Source: Candidatus Moraniibacteriota bacterium (GTDB lineage: Bacteria > Patescibacteriota > Minisyncoccia > Moranbacterales > UBA2206). Taken from it: 64,000 bases of DNA. The notes under the pieces are model-generated. The model made no database searches and was not told the DNA's origin. It saw only the letters and a program-made list of their open reading frames with translations. The translations under genes and the position numbers were made by a program. Each line of letters opens with the position of its first letter. Position 1 is the first letter of the stretch. The stretch is from contig JBAQNP010000020.1 of NCBI GenBank assembly GCA_049303905.1, positions 5,584-69,583 of the forward strand. Direction: 5' to 3'. Of this stretch, positions 1 to 8,863 are shown one piece after another.

Positions 1-146
1 AAAAAAAGCCCCAAATAAAAGCGATGTGTATGTCCGGTTTTAATAAAGAAGCTGAAAGTGGTTTTGATGAATTTATTTCAAAGCCGTTTACTTTCAAAGA
101 ATTTAAAGCGAAGGTGGATAAATTATTTCCACCACTGTTGAAATAA
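1..146 (+). CDS. Partial CDS, 3' end only: C-terminus of a response-regulator receiver (REC) domain protein
   Basis: Open frame from position 3 to TAA at 144-146. Translation ...KPQIKAMCMSGFNKEAESGFDEFISKPFTFKEFKAKVDKLF resembles the C-terminal helix region of CheY-like receivers (DDYISKPF-type motif). Confidence 0.4.
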   Translation, partial: KKPQIKAMCMSGFNKEAESGFDEFISKPFTFKEFKAKVDKLFPPLLK

Positions 147-162
147 AAAAATCTTGAAAAAG

Positions 163-210
163 AGAGGCGTCTCGTTGCAGATTCATTGCGACGGGCGCCT
201 TTTTGTTTTT
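163..210 (+). terminator. Rho-independent terminator after the partial upstream gene
   Basis: GC-containing inverted repeat gaggcgtctcgttgc...gcgacgggcgcct followed by tttttgttttt. Confidence 0.6.
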
Positions 211-234
211 GGGGAAAGATAGTAGAATGGATAT

Positions 235-960
235 ATGGAATATAAATATAATGCGATTGTGCTAAATAAGATTGATACTGGCGAAACTGACCGAGTATAT
301 GTGGTGTATACCAAGGAAGCTGGGCGGATTTTGGCGCGAGCGATTGGGGTCAAAAAGCCCAATGCGAAATTGGCAGGCAATTTGGAATCAATAACGCAGT
401 GTGAGATTTTCTTGGCGAAAGGTAAAGGGCGAGGCAATGTGACGGGTGTGATCGGGGTGGAAAATTTCTTGGCAATCAAAGAAGACATTGATGCTCTGGA
501 AAAAGTTTTTGGGGCGTTGAAAATTTTCAATCGTTTGATGACGCAAGAGGAAAAAGACGAAAAAACTTTCCAACTACTGTTGGATTATTTATCCGCGATG
601 AACGAGGGGGCTGGAAAAACCGAGGGGGATTTTTTTAAATTCGATATTTATACTCTAGGATTTATTTTTAAGCTTTTGCAAAATTTAGGCTACAAGCAAG
701 AAGTCAAAAAATGCTCTGCTTGCGCAGGCAAATTGGTTTCAGGAGAAAATTATTTTAGCGCCCAGAGAGGCGGGATAATTTGTCCAAATTGTGCCAAGCT
801 TGAAATGAGAAAAATAAGAGTAATGGATGAGGCGGTAAAATTCATTCGAATTGTGCTGGATAATAAGATTGAAAATCTTGGCAAGATAAAGTTGGGAAAA
901 AAGAGTTTGAATAATTTGAAGATTGTCGCACAGGAGGCGGTGAGGTGGATAACGGGGTAG
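235..960 (+). CDS. recO: DNA repair protein RecO
   Basis: 241 aa. N-terminal OB-fold-like region and C-terminal C4 zinc motif CSACAGKL...CPNC typical of RecO. Confidence 0.8.
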   Translation: MEYKYNAIVLNKIDTGETDRVYVVYTKEAGRILARAIGVKKPNAKLAGNLESITQCEIFLAKGKGRGNVTGVIGVENFLAIKEDIDALEKVFGALKIFNRLMTQEEKDEKTFQLLLDYLSAMNEGAGKTEGDFFKFDIYTLGFIFKLLQNLGYKQEVKKCSACAGKLVSGENYFSAQRGGIICPNCAKLEMRKIRVMDEAVKFIRIVLDNKIENLGKIKLGKKSLNNLKIVAQEAVRWITG

Positions 961-966
961 CTCTTC

Positions 967-998
967 GCCACTTTCTTTTTGCCCAAAAAGAAAGTGGC
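967..998 (+). terminator. Perfect 14-bp stem hairpin directly after recO stop (gccactttcttttt / aaaaagaaagtggc)
   Basis: Inverted repeat seen directly. No clean T-run follows, so terminator function is uncertain. Confidence 0.4.
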
Positions 999-1255
999 AG
1001 AAAGAAAAAAGGCCACCCTAATAAAATAAAGAAATAAATTTTCGATTTTATCGCTAAATTTACTAACTCCCCTTAGGCACAGAATGAGTAAATTCTTAAC
1101 GCTCTAAAATCTCAATTTATAATTCTTTATTTTATGGGGTGGATTTAAAAGACAAAAAACAATATTGAAAAACTCAATGTTAGGGAAATGTTATCCTTAT
1201 TGTTAAAAATCAAAAAATCTAGTATTATAGTAGTATAAAAAACAAAGATAATCCT

Positions 1256-3154
1256 ATGTCATTACGAGATATTAAGAATAATTTATACAAGAAAGATGCG
1301 CCGGAGAATTTGTCGGAGCATGAGATTAGCAAATACGATCCAGCTGTTGCTAAAGACACCGGAGAGATGAATAAGGGTGAGAGCGATCTTTGGGCAAAAA
1401 AAACAGGACTGGATCAAACCGAAAAAAAAGCCATCAAAAAAGGCGTGATTGCTTTTGCAATTGTTATCGGGATAATTATCGCTTTGGCTATTTTTGCGAT
1501 AGTTCGACAAATTATTTTTCAATCGGGCAATGCCACTATTGAAATTTCTGGCCCTATGCAAGTAAACAGCGGGAAACTTTTGACTTATGAGATAAATTAT
1601 AAAAATGACAATCGACTCACGATAAAAAATGCAGTTTTGCGTATCAATTATCCGGAAAATTTCAAACCGGAAAACAATCCAAATTTCAAGTCTGATAACC
1701 TTACTTCAGGAAGTTTCAATATCGGAACGATCAAGGGTAAAACTCAGGGAAAAATTATTCTAAATGGAAAAGCTTATAGTCCTAAGGGCGCGCTAATTTA
1801 CCTTAAAGCTTCAATGTCGTATAATCCTTCGGGCTATTCCAGTCAATTTCAAACCAATGGACAGTTAGGTGTGAATATTAATTCTGCGCCAATTATTTTG
1901 GAAGTATTGGCTCCTCAAAACGCTTCAAATGGTGATGCAGTTGACTATCAGATAAACTATAAAAACGATGGAGCAGAGGTAATAGAAAATTTGTCAGTTA
2001 AGATAAAATATCCTGATGGGTTCACTTTTTCTTCCGCTAGCCCCAAGACTTCGACGGATAATAATATTTGGAATATTGGAAATATCCCCGCTGGGCATAG
2101 CGGAAAAATAGTTGTGAGTGGAAAACTGGAGGGAGAAAGGGAGAATGTCAAGATGGTTGAGGCAGAAATTGGCGTAATGGAACAAAATGAATTCGTGGCC
2201 TATAACAGTGAAAGCGCTGAAACTAAAATTATTTTTTCTCCATTGACAATTATACAGAGAGTTAACAAAAAAGATAATCTTGTTGTGAATGCGGGAGAGA
2301 CATTGGAATTTGAAGTTGCTTATAAAAACAATGGTAGTGTGGGACTACGCGATGTTATTATCACGGAAAAAATAGATAGCGCACTATTGGATTATTCATC
2401 ACTAAGATTGAAAAATGGAAGTTTTGATACTGACAACAAGACGATTACCTGGAAAGCTTCAGATATAAAAGAGTTAGCCAATTTGGGGGCTAATCAAAGT
2501 GGGATGTTAAATTTTACTATTAAAGTCTCAAATACTTTTCCAGTAGGAGAAGAAAAAGACAAAAATTTTATCATAAAAAGTGTGGCTAAAATTGACAGTC
2601 CAGATGTGCCAACGCCAATTTCTATGAACAAGATAATTTCAAGCAATGAGATTAATATGAAAGTTAACTCAAAAGTGGCGGTGAGTGTCAAGGGATATTA
2701 TGCCGATAAGAGTATTCCAAACTCTGGTCCAATCCCGCCAAAAGTCGGTCAAGAAACAACCTATACAATTCATTGGAAAGCATTGAATATTTCTAATGAT
2801 GTTTCTGGTGCTAAGGTTGTTGCGACTTTGCCAACTAATGCGCAAATGACTGGAAAATTTTTCCCAGAGGGCGCAAATTTGAATTATAATTCCAGAACCA
2901 ATGAAATGGTTTGGACAATTGGGAATATGAAATCTGGCACAGGACTACTTTTTGATTCGCCAGAAGTATCTTTCCAAGTGAAAATAAAACCATCGCCGGA
3001 TCAAGTCGGCAGAGAGGTGGGGCTTCTGGAAAAAACAAACATATTTGCCAAAGATCTTTTTACCGGAGAGGATATCAAAGGAGAATATGAGGCAAAAAAT
3101 ACCAACCTCACAGAAGATAGTTCAATCGTAGGCGGAAATCGGGTAGAGGGTTAG
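1256..3154 (+). CDS. Membrane-anchored surface protein with tandem DUF11/CARDB-like beta-sandwich repeats
   Basis: 632 aa with an N-terminal TM helix (IAFAIVIGIIIALAIFAIV). Repeated blocks (INYKNDN..L.I, INYKNDGAEVIENLSVKIKYPDGF, EFEVAYKNNGSVGLRDVII) match the conserved-repeat-domain pattern. Confidence 0.7.
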   Translation: MSLRDIKNNLYKKDAPENLSEHEISKYDPAVAKDTGEMNKGESDLWAKKTGLDQTEKKAIKKGVIAFAIVIGIIIALAIFAIVRQIIFQSGNATIEISGPMQVNSGKLLTYEINYKNDNRLTIKNAVLRINYPENFKPENNPNFKSDNLTSGSFNIGTIKGKTQGKIILNGKAYSPKGALIYLKASMSYNPSGYSSQFQTNGQLGVNINSAPIILEVLAPQNASNGDAVDYQINYKNDGAEVIENLSVKIKYPDGFTFSSASPKTSTDNNIWNIGNIPAGHSGKIVVSGKLEGERENVKMVEAEIGVMEQNEFVAYNSESAETKIIFSPLTIIQRVNKKDNLVVNAGETLEFEVAYKNNGSVGLRDVIITEKIDSALLDYSSLRLKNGSFDTDNKTITWKASDIKELANLGANQSGMLNFTIKVSNTFPVGEEKDKNFIIKSVAKIDSPDVPTPISMNKIISSNEINMKVNSKVAVSVKGYYADKSIPNSGPIPPKVGQETTYTIHWKALNISNDVSGAKVVATLPTNAQMTGKFFPEGANLNYNSRTNEMVWTIGNMKSGTGLLFDSPEVSFQVKIKPSPDQVGREVGLLEKTNIFAKDLFTGEDIKGEYEAKNTNLTEDSSIVGGNRVEG

Positions 3155-3180
3155 GATGATTTAGTTTCTTTATTTTTCTA

Positions 3181-3245
3181 AATTAACTCACGGTCTAATT
3201 TTCTGGCTAAAAATTTTCCTCAATCGACGGCTGGAGGAAGGGACT
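3181..3245 (+). repeat. Copy 1 of a recurrent hairpin motif (loop core CTCAATCGACGGCTGG) in the tgt 5' region
   Basis: Shares aattaactc...ttctggctaaaaattttcctcaatcgacggctgg with copies at 3297, 4596, 14690 and 60375. Confidence 0.5.
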
Positions 3246-3296
3246 GAAGATTGTTATTAAAAATTAAAAAATAACTCGAAAGCGTATTTTAATAAT

Positions 3297-3340
3297 CAGA
3301 AATTTTCCCTCAATCGACGGCGGATAAGGAAAATTTCTGA
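3297..3340 (+). repeat. Copy 2 of the hairpin motif: 11-bp stem agaaattttcc/ggaaaatttct with 19-nt loop ctcaatcgacggcggataa
   Basis: Perfect inverted repeat around the conserved loop. Itself enclosed by a 19-bp long-range inverted repeat (3246-3265 / 3373-3391). Confidence 0.55.
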
Positions 3341-3414
3341 ATAAAATACACTTTCTCAAACAGGATTTTTTAAATTTTAATAACAATCTTCTTGTAAGTA
3401 TAGATAGAAAAAGT

Positions 3415-4590
3415 ATGTTTGAGATAATTTCAAAAAATCCCGCCTCGACTCGCGGAGACGGTCACTCGTCGATGCGAGGCGGGAGCAATAGTCGAGTTGG
3501 AAAAATTAGACTTAAAAACGGAGAAGTTAACACTCCGTTTTTTATGCCTGATGCGACGCGTGGTTTTGTGCGATCAATTGACAATGAAATTTTAAATTCC
3601 ATAGGTCTCGAAGCGATTCTCATTAACACCTATCATTTGTTTTTAAATCCTGGAATGAAAATAATCAAAGAAGCGGGTGATGCTCATGGCTTTATGAATT
3701 GGTCGCGTCCACTGCTTTCTGATTCGGGTGGATATCAGGTTTTTTCGCTTATTCATAAAAATCCGCGTCTTGGGAAGATTACTGATAATGAGGTGATTTT
3801 TAAATCTCCCCATAGTGGAGAAAAACATATTTTAACACCAGAAATTGCCATTCAAATTCAGTTTGATTTGGGGGTGGACATGATGGTTTGTTTGGATGAT
3901 CCACCACCGAATGATTATTCAAAAGATAAAATTGAAAAAGCAGTTTTGCGGACTATTCGTTGGGCAAAGAGGTGTAAAGATGAATATGAAAAACAAATTC
4001 AAGAAAGAAAAATATCTGAAAAAAATCGACCGTTAATTTTTGGGGTTATTCAGGGCGGGGAATATTTAGATCTTAGAAAACATTGTACCGAGGAACTAGT
4101 GAAAATCGGGTTCGATGGTTATGGTTTTGGAGCGAGACATATCGATGTTGATGGAAATTTCATGGAAGAAGTGGTGCGAGAAACCGCTGGCTTTATCCCA
4201 GAAAATTCATTGCGTTTTGCTTTGGGAGTTGGTACACCGGAGGATATTGTGAAATGTTTTTCATATGGCTGGGATATGTTTGATTGTGTGATTCCTACTA
4301 GAGAAGGGCGACATGGGCGTTTGTTTTTGCGAAAAGGAAAGAGTCTCACTGAATATGAAACAATTAATATTAATAACGGAAAATATAAAAATGATTTTTC
4401 GCGAATTGACGAGAATTGTGATTGTATGTTATGTAAGAATCACACTCGAGCCTATTTGCACCATCTTTTTTCTTCCAAAGAAATGCTTGGGATGAGACTC
4501 TCTGCAATTCATAATTTGAAGTTTTATGTGGATTTACTGGCGTCACTCCGAAATGGCGTAAATTCAAAAAAAATTGAACTCAAACCTTAA
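3415..4590 (+). CDS. tgt: Queuine tRNA-ribosyltransferase
   Basis: 391 aa with the DSGGYQ motif and a C-terminal CDCMLC zinc site. The N-terminus carries a 15-aa insertion encoded by a GC-rich palindrome. Confidence 0.9.
   Translation: MFEIISKNPASTRGDGHSSMRGGSNSRVGKIRLKNGEVNTPFFMPDATRGFVRSIDNEILNSIGLEAILINTYHLFLNPGMKIIKEAGDAHGFMNWSRPLLSDSGGYQVFSLIHKNPRLGKITDNEVIFKSPHSGEKHILTPEIAIQIQFDLGVDMMVCLDDPPPNDYSKDKIEKAVLRTIRWAKRCKDEYEKQIQERKISEKNRPLIFGVIQGGEYLDLRKHCTEELVKIGFDGYGFGARHIDVDGNFMEEVVRETAGFIPENSLRFALGVGTPEDIVKCFSYGWDMFDCVIPTREGRHGRLFLRKGKSLTEYETININNGKYKNDFSRIDENCDCMLCKNHTRAYLHHLFSSKEMLGMRLSAIHNLKFYVDLLASLRNGVNSKKIELKP
3439..3483 (+). repeat. GC-rich palindromic element family 1, 45 nt, in-frame inside tgt (encodes PASTRGDGHSSMRGG)
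   Basis: cccgcctcgactcgcggagacggtcactcgtcgatgcgaggcggg has terminal inverted repeats cccgcctcg/cgaggcggg. It is the reverse-orientation match of the copies at 37026, 29539 and 62138. Confidence 0.75.
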
Positions 4591-4595
4591 ATTTT

Positions 4596-4650
4596 CTTGC
4601 CAAAATTTTTTTGACAAGCAACGGCGGAACAAAATAATTTTGGAGAAAAT
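4596..4650 (+). repeat. Copy 4 of the hairpin motif (ttgccaaaatttttttgacaagcaacggcggaacaaaataattttgg) between tgt and the U32 peptidase gene
   Basis: Conserved ACGGCGG core between inverted AAAATTTT arms. Also reads as TTGACA-17-ATAATT, a sigma70-like promoter. Confidence 0.5.
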
Positions 4651-4712
4651 TTAGGTTTTCAAACAGTAATTTTTCTCGAATTTACGCCATTTCTCCGTTT
4701 TATAAAAAAATA

Positions 4713-6080
4713 ATGAAAAATTCAATTAATAATAAAAAAATAGAATTACTGGCTCCAGCTGGCTTGCCTCGCCAAAGCAAAAAAAAGACAAAAGTCGAAT
4801 TGCTTGCGCCGGCGGGCAGTATTGAAAAAATGAAATATGCCTTTGCCTATGGCGCGGACGCGGTTTATTTTGGTGTGCCGGATTTTTCTCTTCGTGTAAG
4901 GATTAATAAATTTAGCGAAAAAGATATTTTGGAAGCTGTCTCCTATGCTCATAAGTTAGGCAAAAAAATATATGTGACACTTAATATTTATGCGCATAAT
5001 CAACATTTGGAAAAAGTAGAAAAACATTTGAAGTTTCTTAGGAATATAAAAATCGACGGAATTATCGCTAGTGATCCGGGGATAATAAATTTGGTCAAAA
5101 AATATTTGCCGAAAGTGGACATCCATCTTTCCACTCAAGCTAATGCGACCAATTTTGAGGCGGTGAAATTTTGGAAAAGTTTGGGAGTGAAAAGAATAAT
5201 TTTGGCGCGCGAAGTGACGCTCAAGGAAATTGAAGAAATCGGAAAAAAAGTGAAAGGTATTGAGCTGGAGTATTTTGTTCACGGGGCAATGTGTATGAGT
5301 TATTCCGGTAGGTGTATTCTTTCTAAATGGATAAATGACAAGAGTGCAAACCTTGGAGATTGTACTCAGCCTTGCAGGTGGAAATATCATGAAGCATGTA
5401 GCATGAAACATGAAACAAAAGAAATATCTTTGATAGACAATCAAAAAAGATTCGAGATGGATATTGAAGAGGATCAGCACGGGACATATTTTTTTAATAG
5501 TTACGATATGAATCTGATTTCTCACATGGAAGAATTGGTGAAGGCCGGAATAAGTTCAATGAAAATTGAAGGACGAGCCAAAAGCGTCTATTATGTTGCG
5601 GTAGTGACACGGGCATATAGAAAAGTTTTGGACGCAATTTTGAATAAAAAAAATAGCTCAAAGGAAATTAGGAAAATAATTTCAGAACAAAAGAAAGAGT
5701 TGGATAATTTGGTTCATCGCGGTTATTCCACAGGTTTTCTTTTAGGCAACGAGCCGGCGCATAATTTTGAAGGAAAAATACAAAAGGGAAATTGGGAATT
5801 TGTTGGAGAGGTCATGGGCGTAAATGCAGGGACAGGTTTAAAACCTGTCCGTACTAATATTATGAAAATTCATAATGCAGTTTTGAGGCAGGATAAAATC
5901 GAAGCTATTACGCCGGAGAAAAATATTACACTCAAAATTAAAAAGATATTTAACGATCAGAAAAAAGAAATTTCTGAGGCTCACGGTGGGCATGAAAAAT
6001 TATATTACTTTGAGTTTGATAAGGTTTTGCCGGAGGGGAGTTTGATTAGGAAAAAAATAATTCTACAAAATACAAATTAA
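4713..6080 (+). CDS. Peptidase U32 family protein (PrtC/RlhA-like)
   Basis: 455 aa with ELLAPAG...AVYFG and EYFVHGAMCMSYSGRC motifs typical of U32. The ELLAPAG motif is duplicated at the N-terminus, and the CDS holds an MKHET element at 5388-5421. Confidence 0.8.
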   Translation: MKNSINNKKIELLAPAGLPRQSKKKTKVELLAPAGSIEKMKYAFAYGADAVYFGVPDFSLRVRINKFSEKDILEAVSYAHKLGKKIYVTLNIYAHNQHLEKVEKHLKFLRNIKIDGIIASDPGIINLVKKYLPKVDIHLSTQANATNFEAVKFWKSLGVKRIILAREVTLKEIEEIGKKVKGIELEYFVHGAMCMSYSGRCILSKWINDKSANLGDCTQPCRWKYHEACSMKHETKEISLIDNQKRFEMDIEEDQHGTYFFNSYDMNLISHMEELVKAGISSMKIEGRAKSVYYVAVVTRAYRKVLDAILNKKNSSKEIRKIISEQKKELDNLVHRGYSTGFLLGNEPAHNFEGKIQKGNWEFVGEVMGVNAGTGLKPVRTNIMKIHNAVLRQDKIEAITPEKNITLKIKKIFNDQKKEISEAHGGHEKLYYFEFDKVLPEGSLIRKKIILQNTN

Positions 6081-6108
6081 TTACAAATTTACAAATATAC
6101 AAAACTCT

Positions 6109-6492
6109 ATGAATAATGATGGGGTAATTTATAAAGAATTGAGTTATAAAATAATGGGTGCTATATTTGAAGTATATAATGAGTTGGGGTATGGCTTTAA
6201 AGAAAGATATTATGAAGATGCTATTGCAAAGGAGTTTGATAGGATAAAGTTGGTTTATAAAAGACAATTACCATATAAATTAAAATATAAAAATGAAATA
6301 ATTGGTATTTATAGATTTGATTTTTTGGTTGACGATAAAATTATTATAGAATTAAAACAAGGCGATTTTTATTCAAAGCAAAATTTCACGCAAGCTTTGC
6401 AATATCTGAAGGCAACAAAATTAAAATTAGCAATTTTGATAAATATAACACAAAAAGGAGTAAAATTTAAAAGAATATTAAACATTAAATAG
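6109..6492 (+). CDS. GxxExxY family protein (PD-(D/E)xK nuclease superfamily)
   Basis: 127 aa. The start YKELSYKIMGAIFEVYNELGYGFKERYYEDA and FDFLVDDKIIIELK match the GxxExxY family pattern. Flanked by inverted tacaaat/atttgta word arrays. Confidence 0.75.
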   Translation: MNNDGVIYKELSYKIMGAIFEVYNELGYGFKERYYEDAIAKEFDRIKLVYKRQLPYKLKYKNEIIGIYRFDFLVDDKIIIELKQGDFYSKQNFTQALQYLKATKLKLAILINITQKGVKFKRILNIK

Positions 6493-6549
6493 AATTGCAA
6501 AAATTTGTACATTGGTAAATTTGTATAAATTTGTAATTTGTAGGAAAGT

Positions 6550-7947
6550 ATGGAAAAAGAACAATCGATGATGGAAAAAATAGTGTCGCTTGCCAAGCGC
6601 CGAGGTTTCGTTTACCCAAGCTCGGAAATTTATGGGGGTATGAGTGCGATTTATGATTATGGGCATTATGGAACACTTTTGAAAAATAATATTCGCGACG
6701 CTTGGTGGAAAGAGATGGTGCAAAAACGAATGGATGTTGTTGGGCTTGATAGCGCAATTTTCATGCATCCAAAAACCTGGGTGGCCTCAGGACACGTGAG
6801 TGGTTTTAATGATCCACAAGTCGATTGCAAAAAATGCAAATCTCGTTATCGAGCCGATCATTTACTAGAAGAATTCGGAATTATTATTGATGACAAAACT
6901 CCGATTGAGGAGATAAACAAGAATCTGGATAAATTGCGAGAAGAAAAGAAACTAAAATGTCCTAACTGTGGCTCGATTGAATTGACCGAAGCGAAAGTTT
7001 TTTCTTTGATGGCGAAATCTAATATAGGTTCGCCAACTGACGAACTTAGCGAGGAAAATGTGGTGTATCTTCGGCCGGAAACTTGCGGAGGAATTTATTT
7101 GGAATATAAAAATACGCTTGATTCTCTTCATCCGAAATTGCCGTTTGGCATTGCGCAAGTTGGCAAAGCTTTTAGAAACGAAATTGTGGCGCGTCAATTT
7201 GTTTTCCGCACGCGAGAATTTGAACAAATGGAAATGCAATATTTTTTGCGTCCCGAAATGATGAAGGAAAAATATGAAATGTGGAAAGGGGAACGTTGGA
7301 AATGGTATTTGGAATATGGAATTTCCGAGGAAAATATTCAATGGCACAAACATGAGAAACTAGCGCATTATGCTTCAGAAGCTTATGACATTGAATTTAA
7401 TTTCAAAAGCCTTGGTGGATTTCGTGAAGTGGAAGGAATTCATGCGCGGGGCGATTGGGATTTGTCTCAGCACTCCAAATTTTCTGGCGCTGATCTAACT
7501 TATTTTGATCAAGAAAAAAATGAAAGATTAATCCCACATATCATGGAAACTTCAGTTGGATTGGGTCGGTTATTTTTAATGTTTTTGGATAACGCGTACA
7601 CAGAAGAAGAAGTGAATGGAGAACTGCGAACAGTTTTGAAAATTGACAAGAGACTTGCTCCAATTAAGGTTGCAATTTTGCCCCTATCCAAAAAAGAAGA
7701 ATTGACCATGCCAGCCAAAGAAATTTGGGAAACACTCAAAGAAAATTTTATGGTTGAATATGACGAAACACAATCAATCGGCAAGCGCTATCGTCGACAA
7801 GATGAAATTGGTACGCCCTATTGTGTGACGGTAGATTTCGAAACATTAAATGATCAAGCTGTCACAGTTCGTGATCGTGATACGATGACGCAAGAAAGAA
7901 TTACTATCTCGGAACTTTCAAAGTATTTTGAGGAAAAGTTAAAATAG
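6550..7947 (+). CDS. glyQS: Glycine--tRNA ligase, alpha2 dimeric type
   Basis: 465 aa. N-terminal VSLAKRRGFVYPSSEIYGG and class II core motifs. The true start may be the internal MMEKIV. Confidence 0.9.
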   Translation: MEKEQSMMEKIVSLAKRRGFVYPSSEIYGGMSAIYDYGHYGTLLKNNIRDAWWKEMVQKRMDVVGLDSAIFMHPKTWVASGHVSGFNDPQVDCKKCKSRYRADHLLEEFGIIIDDKTPIEEINKNLDKLREEKKLKCPNCGSIELTEAKVFSLMAKSNIGSPTDELSEENVVYLRPETCGGIYLEYKNTLDSLHPKLPFGIAQVGKAFRNEIVARQFVFRTREFEQMEMQYFLRPEMMKEKYEMWKGERWKWYLEYGISEENIQWHKHEKLAHYASEAYDIEFNFKSLGGFREVEGIHARGDWDLSQHSKFSGADLTYFDQEKNERLIPHIMETSVGLGRLFLMFLDNAYTEEEVNGELRTVLKIDKRLAPIKVAILPLSKKEELTMPAKEIWETLKENFMVEYDETQSIGKRYRRQDEIGTPYCVTVDFETLNDQAVTVRDRDTMTQERITISELSKYFEEKLK

Positions 7948-7972
7948 TTGATAAGGCTAAAAAGTTCATAAA

Positions 7973-8002
7973 AAGCAAGGAATCAATCCTTGCTTTTTTC
8001 TT
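7973..8002 (+). terminator. Rho-independent terminator after glyQS
   Basis: Hairpin gcaagga-tcaat-tccttgc followed by ttttttc. Confidence 0.7.
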
Positions 8003-8239
8003 GCAAAATTTATCCCCCACCACTTTATTTAGTTTATTTAATCAAGCATTATATTTATTTTTAACACCCTCAAAGCAAAGCGAAAAGTGGTGAGGGAGTT
8101 ATCCACAACTACCAAGATTTTTTCTTGAATTTGTGATATAATAAAAACGTGAAAAGACAGTATGGGAAATCAAAAGCAAAATCTTAAAACAAAGATAATA
8201 TTTTATCTTAATTTTTAGTGTTGAAGTAAAAACAATAAA

Positions 8240-8863
8240 ATGAAAAATAAAAAAACTATACCAAAACAAAAATCACTTTCAATTATTCCGGACGAAAGAA
8301 TTGTAGGAAAAATATATCTGATTCGAGGAGAAAAGGTGATGTTTGATCGTGATTTAGCGGAGCTTTATGAAGTGGAAACAAAAGCATTGAACAGAGCGGT
8401 TAAAAGAAATATAAAAAGATTCCCAGCTGATTTTATGTTTCAGTTGGATAAAAATGAATCTGAAATATTTTCAAGGTACCATTCTGGCACCTTGAAAGAG
8501 GATGCTAACTTGAAGTCACAAATTGTGACTTCAAGAGATGACAAAAACTTGAGGTACCAAATTGGCACTTCAAGGTCACAAATTGTGACCTTGAAGAAAG
8601 GGCAGAATATAAAGTATCGCCCTTATGTTTTTACCGAACAAGGTGTAGCCATGCTGTCAGCTGTTTTGAAGAGTGAGAGAGCAATTGAAGTAAGCATCCA
8701 AATTGTTCGAGTTTTTATAAAAATGAAAAAATTATTGACTACTCATAAAGAACTGCGAGAAAAAATTGAGAAAATGGAAAAATCGAACAAAGAAAATTTC
8801 ACCCCGTTAGAAATTTTTAAAAATAAATATTATGAAATGGTGGTACATTTATGTTTTGCTTAG
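8240..8863 (+). CDS. ORF6N (KilA-N-like) domain protein
   Basis: 207 aa. N-terminus IRGEKVMFDRDLAELYEVETKALNRAVKRNIKRFPADFMFQL is the canonical ORF6N signature, and the C-terminal YVFTEQGVAMLSAVLKSERAIEVSIQIVRVF is conserved. Has an internal duplicated SQIVT segment. Confidence 0.75.
   Translation: MKNKKTIPKQKSLSIIPDERIVGKIYLIRGEKVMFDRDLAELYEVETKALNRAVKRNIKRFPADFMFQLDKNESEIFSRYHSGTLKEDANLKSQIVTSRDDKNLRYQIGTSRSQIVTLKKGQNIKYRPYVFTEQGVAMLSAVLKSERAIEVSIQIVRVFIKMKKLLTTHKELREKIEKMEKSNKENFTPLEIFKNKYYEMVVHLCFA

Noticed and set aside
4119-4567. Small ORFs antisense or overlapping within tgt (4119-4349 -, 4313-4495 +, 4370-4567 -)
   Set aside because: They lie entirely within the well-supported tgt CDS, have no RBS, and are typical six-frame noise in AT-rich DNA.
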